A stretch of 64,000 bases of DNA from NCBI GenBank assembly GCA_026936335.1, contig JAPMXV010000058.1, forward strand, positions 1 through 64,000, in the 5' to 3' direction. Every line of letters begins with the position of its first letter. Within the stretch, counting starts at the first letter, position 1. A program made the translations under genes and the position numbers. The notes below the pieces were generated by a model. The model saw nothing but the letters and a program-made list of their open reading frames with translations. It was not told the DNA's origin and did not search any database. The DNA is from Mantamonas sphyraenae STR306. Taxonomy: Eukaryota; Protista; CRuMs. This document shows, one piece after another, positions 21,873 to 31,832 of this stretch.

Positions 21873-24357
21873 TGCATCCTCCTCCTCCTCCTCCTTGTCT
21901 GCATCCTCCTCGTCAAGCATCAACATGTCCGTGGAGATGGAGAACACCTCGTCTTCGACGCCCTACTCGGCGAGTGACGCTGGTAGCCACGATGGCGACG
22001 AGTTCGTCCCAGAAGAAGACGTCCTCGAGGACCTGACATGCGAGTCCGGCGCGGGCTCACGTCGCATGGGGCTCCAGTACAAGACGAGACTCCTGGACGA
22101 GGAAGAAAGGGAGCTGCTCTCTACGCTCACGGAGAATCCAGCCACCAAAGCGGCGTCGTACAACAAGGATCGCAAGGAAAAGGGGCCAAGCTTACGTTCG
22201 AAAACGGAGGGGAAACGGCGACGCAAGCGGAACCACAAACAGCTGGAGCGCGCAGCTCAGTTCAAGAAGGGCAAGGGCAAGGGCAAGGGCAAGGGCAAAG
22301 GTAAGCGTTTTCTGTGCGTCCGTATGTGTGCAAGCTGAAGCCAACACAGCAACGAAACAACAAAAAAAAACAGATTCGAAGCAGTCGAAGCGCAGGCAGG
22401 CAGACAAGGACGCCCAAGACGAAGGTACGTGTGTGTGTGTGTGTTGTAAATGTGATGGCTGCTTTGCAGAGGGCTTCAGCGGCTGTCAGCATCTTTAGCA
22501 TCTTCCCTAGCGCCCACTCACACCCACCTCCCACCCCACACCAACTCCTCTGCCGCAGACGCCCTAGACGGAGCTGCCGACCCTATTGACAACCTCGAAA
22601 AACTGCTCGCCTCCGCAAAAACCGATACAGAGGTGGAGGAAGCCGTCGCCCTTGCCGAGGCCCTGCTTTCGGCTGGGGTCGAAGGCGTTGCTGCATTGCT
22701 TGCGCGGCATAACGACCAACAACGCCAGAAGCATTCCAAGCTTGGAAAGCTATTCACTGAGTCTCTCGCAAGTGCCTACCAGCGCCTACCAACTACCCTG
22801 CCGAAGAACGTGGACACGTTGACCCCGGATGAGACGATGCGCATCCCGTTCAAGGTCGATCAGGCAGCACTGAGTGAGCACATGCTCAGTGACATTCCGG
22901 ACGACCTCAAAGACGATGGACTGGAACGCAAGCACCTGGAACAACTGCCAAAAGACACACATCTAATGAGCAACAGGCGTTATCGTTCCAGAACGGTCAA
23001 CTTTCGGCCGAGGCCAGTCCAACGTCGCTTCCTACACGGTCTGTTCGAATCTGCTCGCTACGGTTACAACTTGGTCATTATGGCCACGTACTCACCGGAA
23101 CGACTTGAGAAGTGGAGCAACGACGGGAATGAGCTTGCGGCCAACGCGCTGAAGTTGAGGGAGCGCAAGGCCACACTGGGCGAGCTGTTGATGCCACGCC
23201 ACCTGAAGTTCCCCAGAACACCATTCTGGAACGGGGTTCGAGAGGCTCGACAGACAGTGAAACGGGCATGGGATACCTACCAGAAGACGAACAGGTGGCC
23301 CAAGTTGCGAACGCGCAATAGGAACCAACGACAGCAGAGTGTGTCGCTCCAGGCAAACCTGTTCCAGTTCTTTGCGAGCAAGAAGGGAAAGCAGAGATTC
23401 ACACGCATCTCGCACGTCACAGTCTTCTCAACGACCGGTTTCGCCAGTGTGATGCCACTTGGAACACACGACGCACGCGGCTTGAAGTTCCCCAGCATGT
23501 TTGAGTACTCTGGCAAAGCAAGGTGGAAGCCCCGGTACGATGTCAGGATCATGTACGACCGCTACTTGCACGAGTTCAAGCTGAAGCTGTGCTACGAGGT
23601 CAAAGTCAAAGCCATCAAGAAGTTGGATGTCCACAACGTGAAGGCAGCAGATCCGGGAGGAAGGACCCTCATCACGGCCATGAGCACGGCGGGTGAGGTG
23701 TTGCTGCTCGGGCACAACCACGAGAAGCTGATGCAACGGTTCGATCGGCCGATGAGCGCCATCCAGAGTGCAATGGACAAGAAACATCCTGGATGGAAAC
23801 GAGACAGAAAGGGTGAGAGGAGCACCAAGCGAGTACGCGCCCTCACCAAGAAGAAGCGCAAAGAGGCCATCCGCGAGCGCATCGAGAACAGAGGTGGAAC
23901 ACCTTCACTCGCAAGGCTGCGCCGCAAGTATCACAAGCTGGAGAAGCGCAAGAAGGCCAAACGCAAGGCAATTCACTACCACATCGCTGACGAGCTCACC
24001 AAGAACACCAACACTCTGCTGTATCCTCATCTGCGGCTGGCCAAACTCGTGCGCAAAGTGAATTCCAAGGGCAAGCGGCGTACGTTGCGCAAACCCGCGG
24101 TGCGCATGATGGAGAATGCTGCACACTATCAGCTGCTGCAGATCGTCAAGCAGAGGGCCGCAGAGCATGGCTGTTTTATGGTCATCGCCGATGAAGCGTG
24201 GACGACACGCACATGCAGTGCGTGCGGGTATGTGAACACAGTGGGAGCAGCGAAGGAATTCAAGTGTGGCAAGTGCGGACGGAAGCGACTGCGGGACATT
24301 CAAGCTACGGCTGGAGTGTTGCAGGCAAACAGGAGCAAACTGCAGGAGCCAGAGTGA
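21412..24357 (+). CDS. Fanzor (Fanzor2/IS607-type TnpB-like) RNA-guided endonuclease; predicted exons 21412-22300, 22374-22424, 22559-24357 (~912 aa; start uncertain)
   Basis: OrfB-type N-terminal motif RSRTVNFRP..Q..FESARYGYN; RuvC-I AADPGGRT (D at 23650); Pro at the canonical RuvC-II position (LYP, 24025) and alternative Glu in IADEAWTTRT (24193); CSAC...CGKC Zn finger; RuvC-III RD (24295). The GTAAGC..CAG and GTACGT..CAG introns are both phase 1 and join the ORFs in frame. Confidence 0.92.
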
Positions 24358-24389
24358 AGAGGTGACATTGAGGAATGGCGAGAAACGAT

Positions 24390-24700
24390 GCGAGTTGTCG
24401 CGCATCAGCGAGCGCGACCCACAGGTGGAAAAAGCTGAACGGCGATCGACGAAAATGGGGGAACAAATGGGGTCGAGGGACAAAGCGCCCTGGCCATCAT
24501 CGGAGGAAATCATCAGGCCGTGATGGAAACATCATGGTCCACTTCTGGGCGGTCTTCATTCCGCGCAAGATAAGAAATCGTGAGTCCCAAGCGGAGACGC
24601 GGTGGACATGCGCGTGCGCCCGCGTGTTCGCGGGCGCACGCGCATGTCCACCATTGGGACGAAGCATAATGGTAAGTCAAGTCTGTGCGCAAACCCACAC
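24390..24700 (+). ncRNA. Candidate Fanzor omegaRNA scaffold plus adjacent guide (boundaries approximate)
   Basis: Directly 3' of the Fanzor stop: 7-bp stem 24397-24418; 10-bp stem with G-U pairs and GAAA loop 24516-24539; GTCCCAA/TTGGGAC stem (24584-24660) enclosing GCG-GAGA-CGC and a perfect 24-bp hairpin 24601-24652. Confidence 0.7.
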
Positions 24701-24798
24701 ACATGCAGTCACTGACACTACAAGCTCTGTGTGTACTCGCTGCGCTTGCGCGCACTCATTTGCAAAATACAGTATCTGGCTGGCTGCGCGCTGCTTCC

Positions 24799-25248
24799 CT
24801 ACACCTTCAAGTCTGGATCCTTTTCCCGCGCCACGCCGTGGAATCCCAGCTGCATCTGCACACGGCACAACACAGCTCCTCTGTCCGTGTGCCTTGTGCT
24901 CTCTTCCACAAATGCTTCGCACGAAACCAATCCGATGCGCCCCACACGCAGTTTGTCGATGCTGGCCGTGCACCTCAGCTCCGTCGCATACTCCAGCTGC
25001 TCGGCGGCTTGTTCCTGAACCTCCAAATCATTCAAACCCGTCAACACTACCAAGTATTCTTCCGTACGCGGCTCGTCGTGCACAAGCACACACCCAGTCT
25101 GTGCGCACGCCTCCAACAAGTGAACAAGCCCAAACTGCCTCTTTCCAACGCGTGCAAACGCCTCCAGCGTTCGCGACTTGACGTGCTTTCCCACCCTCTG
25201 GATGAGGCGGTACCCCGGTCCGTGCGGCAATACGTCTAGCCTGGACAT
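24799..25248 (-). CDS. FabZ/FabA-like hot-dog fold protein (149 aa), divergent
   Basis: VLPHGPGYRLIQRV resembles LPHRYPFLLVDRV and LLEACAQTG resembles LIEAMAQ of 3-hydroxyacyl-ACP dehydratases. The size is typical of FabZ. Confidence 0.65.
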   Translation of the reverse strand: MSRLDVLPHGPGYRLIQRVGKHVKSRTLEAFARVGKRQFGLVHLLEACAQTGCVLVHDEPRTEEYLVVLTGLNDLEVQEQAAEQLEYATELRCTASIDKLRVGRIGLVSCEAFVEESTRHTDRGAVLCRVQMQLGFHGVAREKDPDLKV

Positions 25249-25308
25249 CGTTGCAGTGCGTGTGTGCGTCCGCTACCACAGCACAACTCGACGGATTTCT
25301 TGGCCACG

Positions 25309-28300
25309 ATGTCGGACGACACCAACACGGGTGCTGAGCAGATCATGACGCTCATCAGCGTATGCAGCGTTCTCACCGTTCTCTTTCTCATTATCCGCCA
25401 GCGTGTATGTGTCCCTCGAAACAAGGCAACCTTTGCCCTCGACCTTGCCCCGCGAAAATGACGTCAACCCCCCGCACTCACCCTCGCCGCACTCTTCCTC
25501 CTCCCTGCAGCTCAAGCGCAGAAACAACACGGTGCAAAGTCACTCTGCTGACCGTTCCGATCCTCGTTCCTCTTCCTTCCTCTCCTCTTCCTCCTCCTCC
25601 ACCTCCTCTTCCTCTTCCTCATCCATCGTGGCCCCCGGATCTGAGCCGGAAGCGAATTCCCCCCACTCTGAACAACGCTCCGCCTTGGCCACCAAGGACA
25701 AGGTCGACGACGCCCAGGATGCCGTCGACACAGAGACCAACAAGGCTCACCACATGACCACGTAAGTATTGTCTCTGTGCCTTCTCCTTCCGCCCGCGCT
25801 CGCCCAAACTTGGCTCGCACGTTCCTCACACAACACCACCCTCAGCGTCAACAACCGCAAGGCCCCGGGAATCAACCTTGCAGATGACCACCACATTGAC
25901 GCGTCATCACATGTAGTGTCCACCACCACCACCACCACCACCACCACCACCGCCTCCTCCTCACCCTCCTCCGATCCCACGGTCGACCACGCAGACATGC
26001 TCGCCAAGCGACTCCAACGCCTCTCCTCCAACAATTCCATCCCCACCGCCAGCACCACCACCGACATCTCTCCCACTTCTCCTACTCCATCTCCCTCCTC
26101 CTCCTCCACCACCACCTCCTCCTCCTCCTCTACCACCTCAACCTCTTCCAAGTCCCCGCAAACACCCACTCCCATTCCCTCCACCACCAGCTCCTCCTCC
26201 TCCTCTTCATCTCCTCCCCCCGCCACCATTTCCACCTCCACTTCTACCCAGTCCACTCCACAGGACTCCAGCAACCAACAGTCGAAACCAAAAAGCGATC
26301 CGACCAAGAAGCGAGCCCGCTTCATCAACGACCTCGTCCAACACACCCTCAACATGAAGGACGAATCTCCGTTTGAGGACGACAAGGCATGGACCACCGC
26401 GATCACTGCATATCTCAACCCGGTCCTCGACTTTTCGTTTCTCCTCACCATCCACGTCCACGACCAGCAACCTCTCGAGTTTGCCTCGGTCCACGTCGAA
26501 ATCGAGACAGAGAGCCCCCACCACCTCGTCGTCATGTTTGGCGGCGAAACAGAGACCCCACAATGGGACGAGCACACGCGTTTCGACCTTACCGCCCAGT
26601 TTGTTCGCACGGGCGTCTCTGCACACCTGGCTACCAACGCCACTGCAGACCAGCTTGGCATCTCCTTGGACGAGGGTGTGCCTCGCCTGCCCATGCTGCC
26701 CCAGCAGCTCCTCGAGTGGCTCCACGCCGCTCCTCCCTCTGTAGCTCGCCAAGCACTGTACATAACCCTTGAGCACCTGGACTGCCTCTTCATCCACGTC
26801 ATCCAGGAGCATCAAAAGCAACACGGCCCCAACGCCGCTCAGGAGCTCTTTTGGCTCTTTGCCGAGGGTCTTCAACGCGCAGCCTCCTTCAAGGCCCCTC
26901 TAATCGGCCACTCCCTGTCACAGGCCGACCGTGACCTAGCCAAACTCCACGTTCGTGAAGCACTCGTTCGCTACCTTGCCAGCATGCTTGCAGACACTCC
27001 TGCTCTCGGCGCATTGCTCTACCAGGCCATCTCGAGACCCTCGGTGCGCGTCGACAAAGCCCTCGTGCAGTCCCTTTCCGCACACATGGGCGAACACGCA
27101 CCTGTGCCCTACTCCGCCCTTGTTCTCGCCATTTACGAGGCCACCGACCATCTCACCCTCGAGTCTGATGCATACTGGCGTCCAGCAGAGGCTCTCCACC
27201 TCTTCTCCGCCGACGAGACCTTTGCTACCGTCCTTGTCAACAGCCCTGCTTTGTGTGGCGGCGGGCCCAACCCACAAGCGCTTGTCAACACCCTCCTTGG
27301 ACGCCTGCTCTCCCTCTCCCCGATTCCCGAACACTCAGACTCCGTCATGCGCAAACACTTTGCCAACCTCAGCCAGCGCACCCTCGACGACGTCGAAGCC
27401 TCCAAGCGTTCTCTTGCAGACGCCATGGACACCATCGACAAGATTGTCTTTCCTGTCATTGAGAATCTCGTCATCCGCCATCGTACCAGCACACGTGAGC
27501 CTTTCCTCGAATGGCTCGAACTCGCCCTCGTCGGCTCAAAACCCCGTCTCCACTCCTACTCCCAGGACATCAATCCCAGCGGCGACGCATCTGCCCTCAA
27601 CTTGTCTCGCCATCTCATTCAGCTGTGCAAGCCCCTTCTGCTGCGCACCCAACAGCCGCCCCAGCGTTTGTTTGGTGTCGACGCCCTGTTTTGCCTCGGT
27701 GAGCATCCCCACAGCCGCTTCCTGGACTCCCAAACGCGCCTGGGCGCCGATACCGACGAGTTGACCCACTATGTCTCCACCCAGGGCTCCCCCGACTCCT
27801 TCAAGCTGTCCACGCGCCTGTTCTTCCTTGCTCTCTTTCAGCAGCACGTTGGCTTTGCGCCTGTCATCACGCATGTCAAGGACCTGGCGCAACACATGCA
27901 ACGCATGCACCAAGGCATGTCCCGAGTCCCTGAGCAGATGCGTGCCATGGTCAAGGCCAACCTCGAGGCCACGCAGACCCTACGCATTGCCATGGAGGCC
28001 CACCTGCTCAACGACAACATCATTGACCTGCGCCTGCAGTTTGGTGCCACTCTGGCTGTGTATTTGATGCATTTGGCTGACCCCGAGCACAATGGTCTGC
28101 CCCTCCCCGCCTCCCCGACCATGGCCTTCCGCTGCCTTCCCGAGTTTGTTGTCGAAGATCTCTGCGACCTCCTCGATTTTCTTTGTGACTGGCAGCCCGA
28201 ACGCATTGCAGGCTCCACCTGGCTGCGCCACCTCGTCGAGTTTGTCATCACCTTCTGCGGCAACGCCGCATACATCAAGAACCCATACCTGCGTTCCCAG

Positions 28301-29446
28301 CTCGTCAAGGTGCTCCACAGCATGATTGAGATGGAAAACCAGGGTGGAGCATCCTCCTCCTCCTCTTCCTCCTCCTCAGCCGCAGGCAACGCATACAACG
28401 AATCGTTGCGCCAGGTCATCAAGGCGTCTCCGCTCGTGCGTGATCACATTGTGGCCTCGCTTGCGCAGCTGTTCTGTGACGTCGAAAACACAGGGCGCAC
28501 CAATCAGTTCTACGAACGCTTTTACCCGCGCCACCACGTCATGAATGTCTTTGCCTACCTGTGGCCCGAACACAGCCTGCGTGACAACTTCCGCGACGTG
28601 TTTTCCTCAGAGCTCGGCGTCAACGTGCTCAACTTTGTGCTCAACGACTCAACCCTGCTGCTGGACGAGATTTTCACCTGTGTCATGGACGTCAAGGCCA
28701 TCCAGGAGCAGCTGGCCGAGCTGGAAGAGGCTCAGCAGAGCCAAGCCAATGCCCAAGAGCAGGTTGCCGAGCTGCAGCAACAACTGCACGAGCTCGAGCG
28801 CCAGCTGCAGTCCAAGTCCCTCCTGTCCATGGAGTACATGGATTGGATCCACTACGTCAGTGCCGAGGTGGCGACGCCCTTCATCGACGCTTCCATGGTC
28901 GACCGTCTTGCCGTCATGCTCTGCTACTACCTGGACAAGCTGGCCGGTCCCAAGCGCAAGGAGCTGAAAATCCAAGACATGAGCAAGTACCACTTCAAGC
29001 CAGCCACTCTGCTCACTCAAATTGCAGAGGTGTTTATCAACCTGGCGCGTCACGAGCAGTTCCAGGAAGCCGTCGCCAACGACGGCCGCTCCTACAGCCA
29101 CGAGCTACTGATGGAGGCCAGCGACATCATGGCCAAGCACCACATGCTTGCTGCCGTGCAGGTGGAGCAGTTTGTGCATGCTGCCGAAGCCATCCACGAA
29201 CTGCACGTGCACAACACCGAGGACACACGCGAGATCCCTCCGGAGTACGAATGCTCCATCATGTACGAGCTCATGTCCGACCCTGTGCGCTTGCCCAGCG
29301 GCAATGTGGTCGATCGCAAGAACATTGAGCGCATGTGGCGAGACAAGCCGGTGGATCCATTCACAAACCTGCCCATGACCATGGAAGACGTCACCGAGCT
29401 CCCCGAGCTCAAGGAAGAAATCAAAGAGTGGCGCGCACAGGCGTGA
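25309..29446 (+). CDS. UFD2: Ubiquitin conjugation factor E4 (Ufd2P core + U-box); exons 25309-25404, 25511-25761, 25846-29446
   Basis: LPEFVVED, IKNPYLRSQLV, VENTG..NQFYERF, GPKRKELKI and the U-box IPPEYECSIMYELMSDPVRLPSG..DPFT. Introns are frame-consistent. Confidence 0.93.
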
Positions 29447-29476
29447 TGATGAGGAGTCAGGGAACAAACAAGCACT

Positions 29477-31712
29477 TTATGCGCCAATGCCCATCTTGGC
29501 AAAAAGGCCACCCTTGTAGGCGCCAAAGCCAGCAAGGCCAACACCAGCGGCGGAGGCCACACCGATGAGAGCCATCTCCCAGGTCTGCAGGGGCGGCGAA
29601 ACCACCATAGATCCCTTCTGCGAGCGGTTGGAGAAGTTGTTGTTGCGGGTGGACATGTACTCGTACACGCCGGTCTTGTTCATCTTCATGACACCCAGGT
29701 CAAAGTAGGGCGAAGCGGCGTTGAGCTTCATGCAGTTCTGGGCATCCTGCTCGATCTGGCCGTTGTTGTTGCCGTGCTTCTCCAGCAGCTGCTCGTAGGT
29801 GAGGCAGTCGGTCTGGTCGACGTAGGCGGCGCGGACAGCCACCTTGGGGTCCTCAAACAGAGTGTTGTTGCCCAGGTTGGTCAGGTTGCCACCGTGGCCC
29901 ATGGTGGGCACCTGCACGAGGTTGTTGCGGTCGGTGCCGGTGGTACCCTCGGCGTTGTTGTTGCCGTTGTTGGCGTTGTAGTCGGAGCCGGTCCACTGGA
30001 TGTGAACGTATTCGCCCTCCTTGACCTCGGCCTTGTTGGGCACAAAGTCGTACTCCTGAGCGGGGTAGGTCTGCACGATGTTGCCGCGCTTGCCACGGAT
30101 GTTCAGGTTGAGAATGCGGGCCTCGTCGGGGATGTTCTTGGGGCGCTTGCGGATCTCAAACACGTACGTGCGGTCCTGGAACGTGCGGCCGAACTGGTTG
30201 GTGTTCAGGGCCAGAGACAGGTTGTAAACCTTGCCCTTCTCGCCGCTGACGTTGATCATCGGGTCCTGCTTGACCGGCGAGGCGGCCTTGTTCTTCTTGG
30301 CGTCCAGGTTGGGGTCCCAGAAGTCGACGTCGTGAGTCGAGATGTTGTAGCGCAGGCGCAGCACGCACTTCTTGTTGGTGTGGTTCGTGGGCAGCTTCCA
30401 CAGGTACTCGTTCATCTTGCCGTTGGCAGTGTAACCGAGATGGTTGACACGGTTGAACTCAGCCTGCAGGCACTCGGGCTCCGGGCTGGGCGGGTTGTTG
30501 AACGGCTGCACGGTGAGCCACTTGGCGCCGTTCTGCTCGCACTCGGCCTTGTTGTTGTACTTGGGGTCCTCGCACTCGTTGCGGGCCTTGACGTTCTGGG
30601 ACTCGGCCTTGTAGTACTCGCAGCGGGTGATGTTGTCCGTGAGCACGGCAACGTCGCGCCACGGGGTCGGGTGCCAGTACGGGTAGTAGTCGCGCTCCTC
30701 GGGGCACTCAAAGCCGTGGCGCGTGCCGCCGTTGTTCTGGCGCGTCGAGCGAGCAGAGTTGCCCACGTTGCGGTCGGCGGTGAACAGACCCTTGTTGCGC
30801 GAGCGCTGCTTGCACTTCTGGTAGTACTGGTAGCTCTCCTGGCGACCGTACTTCACGTCCTTCATGTCGTCCTTGTCGTCCGGGATCGTCGTCGTCACCG
30901 TGCCGTCGCGCACGCCTCCGTCGTCGCCTCCCAGCGTGTCTTCACACGCGTACTGGATGACAAAGTTGCAGTCCGTCTTGCCGTTCTGGCCGCAGCCGTG
31001 CTGGCAAGTCCACTGCATCAGCAGCTCAGAGCCTGCGTAGTGGTACATCGTGGGGCCCCTGTTCGTATGTGTGTGTGTGTGTGTGTGTGGCGCATAAACG
31101 TCAGCTTCTTGTGGCTATCTTCCGCGTCCCCCCCGCTTCGCGGGAGGGTCGCCTCGCCTTTTTTTTTTTTCGCTCCGACCCGCTTCCCGCTGCCGTAACA
31201 ACCAGACACGCCTGCGATACGGCCAAGCACACATGATACTGGTACGACATGCGTGTGCGCAGCCGTACAGGGGTCATGCAAGTGCAGTCGGGCCATGCAT
31301 GCAGTACTCGGTGCGTTGCAAACTTTGGCCGCCTGCGCTCATTTCCGACCCTCTCCCGCGCAGCGAAGGACACACCCTTCCTTCCGCGCCCTCCCGCTCA
31401 CCCCACACGTTTCCACAACCTACCACGAGTAGCCTCCCTTCGCGTTGTCCTGCGAGTCGTAGATACGGTTCGCGTTCTGGCGGTTCTGGTTCACTGTGAC
31501 GGTGCACGGGTCACGGGTAAGCAGGGGCGCCGAAAAAAAAAAGACTACTCCTCGATGGAAGGGTCGAATTTCGCAGGCTGCGCCACTCTCCACCCTTGCT
31601 CACCTTCGTTCAGGCGGTCATTCGAGCCGCGCGGGTTCTGCATGTACACATCAGCAGACACGATGCACACGCACATGGCGAGCGCAACGAGGATTGCGGA
31701 TTGGTATCGCAT
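29477..31712 (-). CDS. DD3-3-like secreted/type I membrane protein; exons 31712-31604, 31493-31424, 31058-29477
   Basis: Signal peptide followed by DVYMQNPRGSNDRLNE, DSQDNAKGGY, ECPEERDYYPYWHPTPW, RGKRGNIVQTYP, STRNNNFSNRSQKG and a C-terminal TM segment. Confidence 0.88.
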
Positions 31713-31832
31713 GATTCCGAAAAAAAATTGTGCGCGAAGGGGCGCGAGCCGCTGCATTGCCTGATGTGAGGTCCCACACAATCACACTCTCTCACCCCAT
31801 CCACCACGCCAAGCGTCTCTTTCTGCGCGCGC

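Noticed and set aside
21167-24710. TGCAGTC direct repeat (21167-21173 and 24704-24710) as a target-site duplication for the Fanzor element
   Set aside because: A 7-mer match is expected by chance, there are no adjoining inverted repeats, and it lies only 3 bp from the TBC1D31 ATG.
24669-25239. ATG-GTAAGT at 24669 suggesting a + strand spliced gene
   Set aside because: The spliced products look non-protein-like, and the minus-strand FabZ-like ORF explains the region better.
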